Shown here piece by piece: positions 44,031-56,529 of a stretch of DNA of 64,000 nt; positions within the stretch are counted from its first letter, which is position 1, and the number at the start of each line of letters is the position of its first letter. This stretch comes from Balamuthia mandrillaris (Eukaryota), in the NCBI GenBank assembly GCA_031835245.2, contig JAVKOQ020000088.1:1-64000 (forward strand). The letters are read 5' to 3'. The notes under the pieces were generated by a model. The model was not told where the DNA came from, made no database searches, and was given only the letters and a program-made list of their open reading frames with translations. A program made the translations under genes and the position numbers.

Positions 44031-46224
44031 ATGGGAGACAGCCAGTCCACCCACAAGAGCAGCGGCACAACCTACCGGTTCTCTTCCAGCGAGGTGGGCG
44101 ATGAGCACGAACAGGCCCACGAGAAAGGCGTGGCCTGGAATGCCATCAGCCTCAGCATTCTCTACCTCGCCGTACTTTTTTTTTCTCCTTTCCATCTTAT
44201 TCCTCCTCTTCTCCTTCATTACACTCTGCTAAATCTCACTCCCTCTTTTCTAATCTCGTTTCCTCCCTCCCTTCTTCTTCTTTTTTGTTGTTTCACACAC
44301 AAAAAAAGTTAGGCACAGCGATGCCCATCTTCAACAAAGTTTTGTTCGACGGCCAGTGGGGTCTGGGCGGCTACCCTTTCCCCATCACGGCCTCCATGCT
44401 GCAGGTCCTGGCCACCGCTTTGGTGCTAGTCGTCTACGGGGCGGCTCGCCATTGGTACGGCCTGCTGGAGAAGAGGAGGATCAGCGAGGAGGAGCATGGC
44501 CTGCCCTTGTTGACGGCGGCCTACGAGGAGAGTTGGGTCTTTGGACCCTATTTTTGGTGGAAATGCAAGCTTCTTTGTCTTCCTTCTTTCTTCTTTGCTG
44601 CTGTGATATCACTCACCAACTTGGGGCTCTTCTATCTCGACATCAATGCTCACGTTCTCCTCCGTTCTACAGAAGTATTCATCTTCTCTTCTTCTTCTTC
44701 TCCCTCCCTTCCTCCTACCTCTTTCACTCTTCTTCTTTTCTTCTTCTTTTTTTTCTTCTTTTTCTTCTCTCCCTCTCGCCATTCTTCTCTCCTTGCCCTT
44801 CTATCTCTTAATAGTTGCTTACAAACATAAAAACACAGATCTTGTGGGTGGTAGTGTTAGCATGGATTATACAAAGGGAAACTCCGGGATGGAGTACCCT
44901 TTCATGCTGCTTGGGCCTTATCATGGGCGTATTCCTCATTTCCTTTGATTTTGAATCCGGGGTTTGCTATTTCTTTTTCCTTCCCTTCTCCCCTTTCGTT
45001 GTGCTTCCTTCTTGCTCCTCTTCTTTCTTCTTCTCCCTCCTTCTGACACACTTTTGGTTTGTTATCTATGCAGATACGATTTGAGGTAAAAGCGTTGTCA
45101 ATTAACTTGGCCAGCGCTTTGGCTTCTGCTTTAATGGTTGTCACAATGCGATATTCCTGCGTGCGGCTAAGAGAGTGGGAACCTACTATCACCGTTTTTG
45201 AGGTATATATGCTTTCAGTTTACACTTTCTTCTTCTACTTATGCTTCTTCTTTCCGTTGATCTGTCTAACTACAACAACAAAACCAATATAATAATAAAT
45301 ATAGATTACATGCTTTAAGATGAGCATGGCAGCTTTATTGATGATACCAGCATCATTGGCCGTGGAGATTGGTGCATGGGAGGGCCTTGGCACCGCCTCT
45401 ACTTCTGCCAAACTGTTAGTTGTCGCCGGCATTCTCCTTACTTTACTTTATCAATCTGCCGGTATGCTTCAAACTTTCTTTTCTTGTTCGCCATTTCTTT
45501 CTTTCTGCTGCATTCTTGTCGTTTGGATCTCTACTTTGGCTTTCTTTTCATTTTCGATTGACACATACTACATTACATAGTGGTAGGATTAGCAGCATAT
45601 ACCTTGGCAACAACAGTAGGAATCATCTCACAAGGAAAGATCATCCCGCAACTCGTCTTTGGTGCTCTCTTCCTTGACAAACGCTTTACTTTGACTGTGC
45701 CTCATCTGCTGGGCGTCACCCTGGTTGTCGTCAGTACTTTGGGTTATTCCTTTCTTCGTTGGTGGCCATCCTATTTGGCAGCAAAAGCCAAAGAGAGAAA
45801 TGCCGTCTTCTTTCGTCTCTCTGCTCCAACTTCTTCAACTTCTTTTTCTTCATCTACGACCAAAAAAACGAGCAAAGGGGGTCGAAGAAGCAGAAGCGGA
45901 ACATATACTCCAGCTTCTTCTTCTTCTTCTTCTTCTTCTTGTTCTTCTTCTTCTTGTTCTTCTTCTTCTTGTTCTTGTTCTTCTTCTTCTTCTTCTTCTT
46001 CTTCTTCTTCTTCTTCTTCTTCTTCTTCTTCTTCTTCTTCTTCTTCGACGAAACAGATTTTGACAAAGACGGGAAGTGAGAGATCAGCTTTGGAAAAACA
46101 ACAAAAAATGAAAATAAGAAAGAAGGAAGATGAAGGAGGAGACAATGACGATGGCTCGGTATTTTGGGTTGGCACTCCCTCTACTTCTTCAACTGCTGCA
46201 CTTTCTTCTCGTGCTTCGTGGTAA
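44031..46224 (+). CDS. SLC35/TPT-family (nucleotide-sugar-type) transporter
   Basis: FNKVLF..YPFPIT..LQ, SLTNLGL, multiple hydrophobic helices, GIISQGKIIPQL; spliced; poly-Ser tail. Confidence 0.8.
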
Positions 46225-46321
46225 GCTTTTTTTTTGTCCTTTGTCAATACTTCATTATTTGCGTTTCCTTTCATACATAATACAGACACAAAACAAACAT
46301 AAAGAAAGAAAGAAAGAAACA

Positions 46322-47038
46322 TTACGAAGAAGAAGAAGCTGAAATCCTCTCAAGCGCCTCCGTGATAACGGAAGGCTCCATACGAGTCATGTAGTTCGGA
46401 TCCACGAAGCGAGCACGAATGACGCCCTCCCTATCGATGACGAACGTGCCCGGCACAGGCAGGTTGTTGCTCCTGTCGGCGTTTCTTTGGGCCAGGTCCA
46501 GCGCGAAGGCATTCTTGATGAGCGCCAGGTAACTCTCTATCGGCGTGAACTGTAGGCGATAGTCGACAATTACTGTTTGGTCTGCATCCGTGAGAACAGG
46601 AAAGCTGGTTTCTTCAGAGGAGGAGGCGGAGGCCGAGGCCGAGGCCTTATCCGAGGGGTCGGCCGCTTCAGGTGTAACGGCGATCAGCTGCGCGCCGAAC
46701 CTCTCTCGCCAGGAGGGGAGGTGTTGGGAGTAGGCCCGGAGCTGGAGGTTGCAGAAGGGGCACCAGGAGCCGCGGTAGAAGGTGAGCACGACGGGACCTT
46801 CGCGGAGGGCGGAGGATAAGGCGATCGGCTTGCCGGTCTGGTCGAGGAGGGTGAAGTCGGGGGCTTTCTCGCCGACCGGCAGGCCTTTGCCCTGCTCGCC
46901 GTTGTGTTGCTGTACAGCTTGGATGGCGTCCTGCACCACCTTGGAGACCTCAGGAGGAAGGCTGATGCTGTTGAGGAAGCCTTCAATGCTAGCTTTGAGG
47001 GAGGAGGTTACAGCAGTGTGTTGGGAAGAAGAACTCAT
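46322..47038 (-). CDS. AhpC/TSA peroxiredoxin-like redoxin (bacterial-type), intronless
   Basis: GEKAPDFTLLD, GPVVLTFYRGSWCPFCNLQL, AVTPE, LPVPGTFVIDREG, Y..RMEP. Confidence 0.9.
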   Translation of the reverse strand: MSSSSQHTAVTSSLKASIEGFLNSISLPPEVSKVVQDAIQAVQQHNGEQGKGLPVGEKAPDFTLLDQTGKPIALSSALREGPVVLTFYRGSWCPFCNLQLRAYSQHLPSWRERFGAQLIAVTPEAADPSDKASASASASSSEETSFPVLTDADQTVIVDYRLQFTPIESYLALIKNAFALDLAQRNADRSNNLPVPGTFVIDREGVIRARFVDPNYMTRMEPSVITEALERISASSSS

Positions 47039-47663
47039 GATTGTCTTGTGTGTGTTCTTTTCAACTGTCTCCCCCACGCAACTCTTTTGTCTACCCCACA
47101 CGACTCTTTTCTCCACTCTCAGGTCCATGATGATGTCACTCACCTTCCTTTTTTTGTGTCTTTTTGGTTTTGAAGTTCTCTGTATTTTTTCCAACATTTT
47201 TTCCTTGTTTGGTGATGTTTCTTAACATATTTTCTTTGTAAGGTATGATTTTGTCACATACTTTCCAAATTATGTTAAAAAGAACAACAGTGGAATGAAA
47301 TCTCTCCAAAAATGGGGGTTGGCCCTCCTTGCAAAATTTCCCTTTCGCCCTGTTTGTACAAGCAAAAAACGAAATTGTTTGTGATGCTCATGAGGGTGGC
47401 TGTGGTGTTGTTGCTTCTCATTTGTAGAAACACCTTTGCGTGACTTCCTCTGAATACAAAAGAAACACTGCAGAAACATAGGAGTCGGCAGGGGAAGGCT
47501 TTGGAAGGAAAGTTGTGAAAAGGAAAAAACCAATGAAACGAAAATGATGAGAATCCTTAGCGAAGTGCTTCATGATGAATTGAAGTGGTTTGGTGACCTA
47601 TATCTTGGTGTTTTTTTAAAAAAAAAACAAAGATACCTTCTAATACGTTTCGGATGTTTATGG

Positions 47664-48272
47664 ATGGAACGTTCGCAGAAGGCTGAGGATGATGCCGTCG
47701 TGGATTTGAATGTGGGAGGGGCCTTCTACTCCACCACACGCTCTACCTTGCTTCGCTTCGACTCCATGCTGAACCGCATGTTCAGCGGCCGCTTCGACCT
47801 CCGCACACGAACGGAGGATGGTAGAGTGTTCATCGACAGAGATGGAGAGGTGTTCAAGTTCGTGCTGCAGTACTTGAGGGATGGGGACTTGGAGGTGGAG
47901 GGCATGGACATGAACCTGGTTAGACGGGTGAAGCGCGAGGCTGCTTTCTTTTGCCTCAAGGAGCTGGAAAACAAGTTGAAGGCTCACCTCACAACTGAAG
48001 AAAAACGAGACGAGAACCAAAAACCCAAAAAAGCCAAACACTTTTGGGTGAAGCTCTGTTTGGTGGGGAAGCCTGCCAACGTGCAGGCAGAGTGGTACGT
48101 GAGACGCAAGCCCACAGACTCTTTTGACCTGCGCGAGGTCTTGCAAGGCGAAAGGACGCTGAAGAGAGCGGTCGTGAACGTGTGCGACTACCTGAGCCAG
48201 CACAACTTCGCCCTGGTCAACCACGCTTGTTACGACCGTGGCGTCACGCTGTTGATGTTCAGAGGAGAGTGA
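47664..48272 (+). CDS. KCTD-type BTB/POZ (T1) domain protein, copy 1
   Basis: VDLNVGG..YSTTRSTL..DSML..MFSG, VFIDRDG..F..VLQYLRDG, REAAFF. Confidence 0.92.
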   Translation: MERSQKAEDDAVVDLNVGGAFYSTTRSTLLRFDSMLNRMFSGRFDLRTRTEDGRVFIDRDGEVFKFVLQYLRDGDLEVEGMDMNLVRRVKREAAFFCLKELENKLKAHLTTEEKRDENQKPKKAKHFWVKLCLVGKPANVQAEWYVRRKPTDSFDLREVLQGERTLKRAVVNVCDYLSQHNFALVNHACYDRGVTLLMFRGE

Positions 48273-48567
48273 ACTTACAGCTCAGTTGCTTTGTTCAACA
48301 AAACATTTTCTTCCCCACTTTTTTTTTTTTTTGTTGTGCGACTATTTCTTAGAACTGTTTTACATCTTACCACCTGTGAGTGTAATGATGAAATAGGGTT
48401 AGAGTGGGGCAATTCCACGAATTGTATTCCTGGATGTTTCGCATAGGATCCAATCATCATTCAAACGTCGGATTTTGTGCCGACCCATTCCGCTTCTCTC
48501 CTGTTTCTGTCTCTCTCTTTCCCAACTACGAAGCAAGAGAGCAGGAGAGACCGGAAAGAGGCCCGCC

Positions 48568-49221
48568 ATGGAGAGGGAAGCTAGCCCCTTGCAGGTGGAG
48601 GACTGCGATGTGGTGGACCTCAACGTTGGGGGAACCTTCTACTCCACCACACGCACCACGTTGTGCCGCTTCGACTCCATGCTGCGGAGCATGTTCAGCC
48701 GGCGTTACAGCATCCAGAGGGCTGCCGACAACAGAGTGTTCATCGACCGGGATGGAGAGCTGTTCAAGTTTGTGCTGCAGTTCCTGAGGGACGGCGACTT
48801 GGAAGTGAAGTACATGGACATGAACTTGGTGGCACGGCTAAGACGGGAGGCTGCTTTCTTTTGCCTCCATGAACTGGAAGAGAAGTTGGATGACGTTCTT
48901 ACAAACATGCAAGAGAAAGAGGAAGAAGAGAAAAATCTTCGCCAAGACTACCTCATCGCAAAGATACAAGACTGCGAGGGAAAGACAGGGAAGTTGCAGC
49001 TCGTGGGGGAGCGTTGCTCCCGGTTCGAATGGAAGAAGAACGTCTGCAAGGAGTTCACCGACCAAACGGTGGTGGCGGCCGGTAACTACCTGAGCAAGTA
49101 CGGCTACACCCTCGTTAGCTACTCCCACGTTGGCAACCGGGTTTCTTTGGTTTTCAAACAGCCGACCCGGAAGACAGAAACCAACGCTACGAAGAAAGAA
49201 CAGAAAGAGATGTTTATGTGA
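48568..49221 (+). CDS. KCTD-type BTB/POZ (T1) domain protein, copy 2
   Basis: Same motifs as copy 1; tandem paralog. Confidence 0.92.
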   Translation: MEREASPLQVEDCDVVDLNVGGTFYSTTRTTLCRFDSMLRSMFSRRYSIQRAADNRVFIDRDGELFKFVLQFLRDGDLEVKYMDMNLVARLRREAAFFCLHELEEKLDDVLTNMQEKEEEEKNLRQDYLIAKIQDCEGKTGKLQLVGERCSRFEWKKNVCKEFTDQTVVAAGNYLSKYGYTLVSYSHVGNRVSLVFKQPTRKTETNATKKEQKEMFM

Positions 49222-49580
49222 ATACATTATTTATGTTTATACATGTTTTCCTTTCATAACTTGCCTCTTCCTCATTTTTTTAAAACCTCTGGTCTGGTTT
49301 CCAGCGAGCTGTTGCAGCCACTGAACAAACAAACAAAGCATCGGCTTTCGAATTATTCCACTCACGGATTTATTCTTGTCTGTTTCTTTGAGGATGAAGA
49401 GAGTATGACCTCCTACTTCACCGCATCACGTTTGTCGACTGTTTCTTCGACCAGTCCGAAGGAATAGTGGAAGAAGAAATAAGTTTATTTTATACAAAAA
49501 AAAAAAGAGCACTTGCAAAAAAGAAAAACAAACACGATTCATTCCTCAATGAGCCGTTACGTTTGGTTAGATGAGTGGAC

Positions 49581-52155
49581 TCAGTTGTTGTTGCCGATGT
49601 TTTCTTTCTCAGCAAACGTCAACAGTGACGATGAAGATGTGGAGGAAGACGATGATAATGGAGATGCCGCTTTGTTGGATGATGCTGAAGCAAACGCCTT
49701 TTGCGAGGCAGATGAAGAAGACAACAACAAAGCGCTATTGCTGGTTGATATCCTGTTTTTGTTGAAAGAGGAAGAAGTGGAAGCTCTGGTCTTGTTGCCT
49801 TGGTGGTTGAACTTTATGGCTTTGGCTTGGGCCTCGGCCGCTTCCACGATGGCGGTTGCCAAAGCTTCGGCTTCGCTTGGTTGATGCAACGACAGAGGTA
49901 AACGATCATACAGTGAGCTGCTGCTGTAAGAGGAAGCGCTGGCAGTCAACGCGGCTGAAGAGAAGGTTGTCTTTGTTTGCGAGCCAATGGCAGCAGCGAA
50001 TTTGTCCAATGCACTCGATGCAGAAGCAAAAGAGCCCACTGAAGAAGATGGAGGAAGAACTGAGCCGATCGTAGAAGCGGAAGGAATGGCTTGTCTGACC
50101 CTTTCATTGTCTTTCGCGATGGCAGCAGCGGTGGAGGGGGAGAGCGAAGGCGGAGCTTCCTCTTCCAGCTCTACTTCTGTGGTTGCGTTTGTTCCAGTTA
50201 CGGAGACAGAAGATGGTGTAGGTGAAGATTGTTGTTGCGTTGCACCGAGACGACCAATAACAGAAACGCTCTTCGCTCCTGCTTCTCCAGTGCTGACTGC
50301 AGCCACAGAAGGAGTATAAGGCGAAGATGAAACAACAGCAACAGAAGTACCAGGAGAACGATGAGCAATGGATTGCTCTGGAGTGCAAGAGGAGACTGGC
50401 AAAGCAACATCAGCAAAGAGAGAGGAAGAAGGGAGAGGCGAAGACGCCTTGGGGGCCAACTCCGGTACGTTCTTCGTCAAGAATGGATGCTCCAACATCT
50501 CATCCAAAGTTATGCGTTGAGCAGGATCATGGACCAACAAACGAGAGATAAGGTCTTTGGCCTCAGCAGACAGATAAACCGGGAAGGAGAGCTGAACTTT
50601 GGAGATGCGTTCGGTCGTCTCCAACTCGTCTTTGGCGAGGAAGGGTGGTTTGCCAACCAGAAACTCATAGGTCAAAACGCCGAGACTCCAAATGTCGACT
50701 CCATCGTCGTATTGTTTGCCTTCTATGATTTCAGGAGGGAGGTAGTCTAAGGTGCCACATAATGTCATGCGTCGAGTGTTAGGAGCATGAACTGACCTGT
50801 TAGAATAAAGAATAAGAGAAAAGCTAAAAGGAAAGAGAAAGGTAAAGGTAACAAGGAGAGGGGAAGCAAGAGAGATACCATCCAAAGTCAGCGATTTTAA
50901 GTTCTCCTTTCTTTCCAATGAGCAGGTTCTCTGGTTTAATGTCTGCATGTATTTTCGATAAATCATCAGAAAAAGAAAGGCAACGACATGTACGATGCAC
51001 CGAAGAAACGGACCTCTGTGAATGACTCCTTGCTTGTGACAGAACCTCAAAGCGGAGACAATAGAATAGAGATACTTGGCCGCCATCTTCTCAGGAAACC
51101 TCTGCATCGTCTGAAGTTGTTTAAACACTTCTCCTCCTGTAATGATCTTGTTAGAACAGTCTTTCTTTTACAAAAGGAGAGAGAGATACCAGGAGCATAT
51201 TCCAGGATAAGAAATACTTTGGATTCATCATGGAACCATCCATACAGCCGAAGAATGTTCGGATGTCTTTTTTATTGTAAACAAAACAAAGAAAACGGAG
51301 AATAAGAAAGTACGACGAAAGAATGAGAAGTGAGAAGAGAACAACGAAGAGCATAGAAAAGAGCAGAGGAAAGAAAATAAAGTACCGAAGGTGGGCTTGT
51401 ATTTCAATCTCACGACGGATCTGGTGTTCCACTCCGGAGTTACGAAGGGTGTCTTTGAACAAGACTTTCACTGCCACTTGAAACTTGGTCCTCTTCTCTC
51501 TCGCCTTTTTGTTTCTGTTTAGTAAGCCTCCAAAGAAGAAGAGGGAAAAGATAACGAGAATAAAGTCACGTACCAAATAGACGTTGCCAAACTTGCCCCT
51601 TCCCAACTTGTTCTTCACCTCGAAGTCGCTCAGCTGCCACTTTCGCGGTTGCTGCAGTTGTTGCTGCTGCTGTGGTGGTGCTGATGGCTTATCCGCGGCA
51701 ACAACTTCTTGCGAAGAAGGAGGAGCACGCTGTTGGACCTTGTTCAACAGACGGTTATTCGTGGTTGGCTTCTTTAGCGCGGCTCCCCGACGGGGTTCCT
51801 TCGTCATCGTTGTGGCTGCTGCGGTGGGCTGCTGCGATCCCGTTTGGCAAAGTTGTTTCTCTTTGACGAGACGTTCTTTCTGTGTTTTGAGCTGCTTTAT
51901 TCTTTCTCTTTTTTCTTTGAGGCTCAACGCAGAGTCCGCAGCAGGCTGAGCGCGACCCTTGGGAGGGAGGAACGCTTCCGAGGAGGCAGCAGAAGTGGCG
52001 GAAGGAGAGAGGTTGTTGGAGGAAGGAACGTGGGAACCCGTTTCTTCGCGCAAGCCAGCAAGGCGAACCACCCGTTGTGGCCCTTGCTGCATGCCCACTC
52101 CCGCCGTCCCTCCTTGTTTCGTTGTCATTGTCAACGTTGCGGGTTGTTGTTGCAT
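49581..52155 (-). CDS. AURK: Aurora kinase
   Basis: [64 protein letters not shown]; long Ser/Ala-rich C-terminal extension. Confidence 0.93.
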
Positions 52156-52358
52156 TTCTTTCTTCAACGCAAAACAAAAAGCACTCTCTCGCGCTTTTGT
52201 CTGTGACTCGTTTGTGTGTCGCTCTTGCTGCCCCCGCCGCTCCTCCTCCTCTTATTTTTTTTTTATTCTTTGGTATTTTTGTTTGTTTGTTTGTTTGTTT
52301 GGGTTTTTTGGCCATCCGCGAGCCTAACGGTCGGCCGGCGAAGAAGAAGCAGAAAAAT

Positions 52359-52425
52359 TTTGGCGGGAAAGCGTCGACCGAAAGATATGTCGACAAAATT
52401 TCGTCGACCGAAATGACGTGTCGAC
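52359..52425. promoter_or_regulatory. Aurora kinase upstream region: E2F-like site plus four GTCGAC palindromes
   Basis: TTTGGCGGGAAA at 52359-52370; GTCGAC at 52373, 52389, 52403, 52420. Confidence 0.55.
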
Positions 52426-52601
52426 AAGACTTGCGCTTTCTCCCTGTTTGTTTGGTTGGAAAGTACCTCATGTTTCCTAGCCTCCACGAACGCCAATAAC
52501 TTCAAATGTTGATACATTTTTTTTTTCGTAGATTTGTTGGCTATTTGATGAGACCTCAAACGGCAAAAAAAAAACATGCACACTAAACAATCGTCTTACT
52601 T

Positions 52602-55116
52602 CTACTTCTCCTCCTCCGCCGACAAGTGCACCTGATAGACTTTGGCGTTCTCCAACACGTCCTTAGCCTGCAGACGATACAGCGCATCAAAGAGCAGCAG
52701 CTTAAAGGAAGCTGGCCCACCAGCCGCACCAGCCGAGGAAGAGGAGCTCACCAAGGGCAGCGCCTTGGCCGCCTTCTCTCCCGCCAATCCCCAACAGACC
52801 AAGGCGGAGAGAGCGGCGGTGCATCGGTCCTTATGCACGCTGGCAAAGGCGCCCATAATGGCGGTTGCCATGCAGCCCGTTGCGGTGATGGTGCCCATCA
52901 TCTCGTGGCCGTTGTCCACTGCATAGATGTGCTTCCCATCTATGGAGATATAAGTGAGCAACAGAAAGGAGGTAAGAAGAGAGAAGAAGGAGGATGTATA
53001 ACCAGAAACAACATCAGTTTTGCCGGTGATGACAACAATAGTGCGATGAGTTGGTGTTGCTCTCGCCAGCTCTAGAGCGACGCGGCCACGTTGTTGAACG
53101 TCCTCAGCACCGCCAATGCTTTCCACTCCCCTCATCTCCACTTTGACCTCTTCACTCTTTGTTTCTTGTTTAGCACTTTCTCTCCGCTTCTTCGTTGTCT
53201 TTGTTGCGGTAGAAGGCACGAGTTCACGCCAAAGAGCAACAATCTCTCCGAAGTTGCCTTTCAGTATGTCGACCTTGAGCTCTTTCATCAGCTGAACGTT
53301 GGTTTGGGTGCGGAAGGGAGTAGCCCCGGCTCCCACAGGGTCCAACACAACCGGAACACCCAAAGCGTTGGCCCGTTTGCCAGCACGAAGCATGGAGCGG
53401 ATCCACTCGCTGGAAAGGGTGCCTGGATTGAGCACCAGGGCGCCGTTAACGCTGCCCGTAGATGTGGCTAGTGTCACCATGTCTTCCACTTCTTCCTCTG
53501 TAAAAAGAATAACATCAGTCACTGATGAGAAATAAGTGGGAGAAGAAGAGGACGAAGAAACTACCAGCATGGGCCATAATGGGAAGCGCGCCAACATGCA
53601 AAGTGACATTAGCAGAGTCGTTCATAGCTACGAAGTTTGTTATTTGATGGACTAAAGGCTTCCGTTCTCTCAGAAAGGTGAGCCCATCCGCAATGTCCCG
53701 TGCAATGTGTTCAAAGTAATTCTTCTGTTGGCCTACCATCAGTGACGCTTGCTCATTTTGCTCCCCGTTCTTCTCCGTTCTCATACTCTCTTCGGTTTCT
53801 GCTCCTTCTGTTTCTTTCGTCGCTGCTCGTTGTGGCAAGGTTCGGTGCGGGTTATCAATGATGCTACGCAACTCACCGGCCGCGTGCGCCACATCATCCG
53901 CCGCGGCGATGGCCGAAACCACCCCCAACGCTATGGGCTGTCCTTGCGCCAACACCTCAGCAGCGTTTTCCTGATGAATGCCGCCAATAGCCACTAAGGG
54001 CATTACCTTGGCCCTATTCCCCGCTTTGCGAGCTAGCTTGAGCAGATAGTTCGAGAGCTGATGTAAGCCCATCAAACCCATGGGCTTGCCCGCGATGTCC
54101 GTCTTGGTTGGTGTTGCAAAAACCGCGTTAGTGCCAAGATAGTTCGCCCCGGCAGCGATGGCGGTTTGGGCTTGTGCGGCGTCACGCACGGTGGCGCCTA
54201 TGATGAACTTCTTGCCAAGAATTTTACGTGCTGTCTCCACGTCCATGTCTTTCTCGCCCAGATGGACGCCATCTGCTTCTACTGCCAATGCCACGTCTTT
54301 TCGTAGTTGGCAACAAAGTTATAAAACGGTATTAAAAACAGAAACAAGATGAGAAGGGAAGACCGTAAAAGGAGTGGAGGAGTGAAACAGCAGAGAAACA
54401 GAGAAGTAAAGGAGTGAACAGTAGTAACCAAAACAGAGCAGCAGCAGCAGCAGCAGCAGCAGAAGAAGAAGAAGAAGAAGAAGAAGAAGAAGAAGAAGAA
54501 GAACAAGAACAAGAACAAGAACACACGTCTAAGAAACACACTAACCAACACGATCGTTGATGATAAGCGGGACGTTCACGGGGCGAGTGATCTCCAACAA
54601 CCTCCGCGCGGTGGCAATAAGCTCCTTGGTGGTGGCCTCCTTGTCCCGGTACTGCACGCAAGTGGCTCCCCCTCGAATGGCCTCCCTTACCATGTCCTCC
54701 AGACTCCTCCCTCTGGCGGCCGCTATTTTGCTGTCCGTCACAAAGTAGAGGCAGAGCTCGTAGTGATGAGCGTTGATGCGGAGGGGAACGGAGCGGGCTT
54801 TTGGGGGAGGAGGACGTCTGAGCCAGGAAGGAGAAGAAGACGAGTAGTGGCAGCGAGCAGAGGTGGCAAAGCAAGAGGAAGAAAAAGAGGAGGAGGAGCG
54901 ATGAGGAATATAATGGTGGTTACGAGGTTGAAGACGAGGAGAGAGGGCCAGCGACGAAGAGGAACGGTATTGGTGGTGGTGAGACAGGGAGGGCCGAGGG
55001 GGTTGGTGGTGGCATGTCAGTGAAGCACCACTACGGGGTAGCAGCGCCACATGGTGCAGGGGTTGGCTGGGGCGAAGATAGAACAAGGGCGGCGTGGCGC
55101 AGCTCTGGCCCTTCAT
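52602..55116 (-). CDS. THI6: Bifunctional thiamine-phosphate synthase / hydroxyethylthiazole kinase
   Basis: ThiE part: [40 protein letters not shown]. ThiM part: [40 protein letters not shown]. Start codon uncertain. Confidence 0.93.
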
Positions 55117-55367
55117 TTCTTCTTTTTTTTTTATTTTCCCTCGCTACTTCGGCAGAAAACTCTCATGTCCTTGTCCGCTTGGTCCTGGTGATGTATCCTG
55201 TCCTCTCCCATGTCTTGCCAAGAATATTTTAATAGTTTCTAGGAATTCGAAATATTGAACTTTTTCAATATTTCATTAAAAAGTTAGGATAGTTTGGAAA
55301 TTTTTATAAATATTTGTTTGGCGCCAAAAAAAATAAAAAGAAGAAAGCCGCAGCATAACATCGCTCC

Positions 55368-55758
55368 ATGGAGCAACAACAGCAAAAGAGTAGCAGCAAA
55401 AGCCCGAGGGAGGAGCCCCCTTCGCAGCACGGCGGCATGAGTGTGGTCGTGCAGCAAGTGGATGAAGCGTTTTTGTTAGTGGTTTGTGTTGTTCTTCTCC
55501 CCTTGGACCCAGTCCCCCTGATGTAACGTTTACGTTTTTATTTTTTTTCGGTGTCTCGCTATGCTTGCTTGCGCTTCTTCTTCCTGTTCTTCTTGTTCTT
55601 CTTCTTCGTTCCCCTTCTTTCTTCTTCTTCTTTGTATGAAAAGGACAATGAGAATGAATGGGTTCACATCGGGAAAGGAGTGGTGATCTACATTTGCTTT
55701 CTTCAGGGAGCCTCCCAAGAAATGCTTCCTAAAGTGGGTTCGTGGTTTGCCCTTTTCT

Positions 55759-55801
<43 letters not shown>

Positions 55802-56362
55802 TCCTCGTCTCCCGTCTTCTCTGCTCCACTCTGCATTCTCTCTTTTTTCTGATGGTTGGCCTTCAACTTAGTGAAAGCATTGTTGGGCGTGAAGCTGTTT
55901 CAGGTGGATGGCAAAGCGGCTTCGGTGATGGAAGCGCAGCGAGACATAATGATAGTCCCACAGGCTTCGCTTAGCGGCAAACTTAAAGGCAATCGCACAC
56001 AGTTACGTTTGCTTGCTTGCTATCTCTTCTTGCTTCTTCCTTCTTTCTTTTGCCGTCTTTCTTTCATTGCTATCTCACATGTTCCATTCATTTAAAATAG
56101 ATATCACGGACAGGCCAACAAAGAAGAAGCTGAGACTCTCTACGACACCTTCATAAGCCTCATCAAAGCCAACATCTCCAACACGCCGGACATCATTCTC
56201 AAGCATGGCACTTATGGTTTCCTCTCTCTCTCTCTCTCGTTCCTTTTTCGTTTGTTCCTGTTTGAGAAACAGAACTGAAAGGCCAATCAATCAAATGCAG
56301 GAAACAGGCAAGGACTTCGCATTGTATCGTCGGGACCTTACACACATCATTTTACATTCTAA
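55368..56362 (+). CDS. DTD2: D-aminoacyl-tRNA deacylase 2
   Basis: VVVQQVDEA, IGKGVVIYICF, IVPQASLSGKLKG..QYH, GTYG|NRQ..SGPYTH; 5 exons. Confidence 0.85.
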
Positions 56363-56529
56363 TGATGGTAACGTTTACCTTCAACAGAAGTTGAAGAGCT
56401 GATCTCTTCGTTCGACTTCTTGTTTTCGAGACTGGAAAACAACCACGAGAGAGAGGAGAAAGAGAACAAAGATGGAAACAAAGCAACATACAATTCTTTA
56501 CACGGACAAAACACAACATCAACAAATGT

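Noticed and set aside
52602..55320. TPP riboswitch in THI6 introns or UTR
   Set aside because: No CUGAGA / ACCUGA core arrangement noticed; introns are microsatellite-rich. An Rfam RF00059 scan would settle it.
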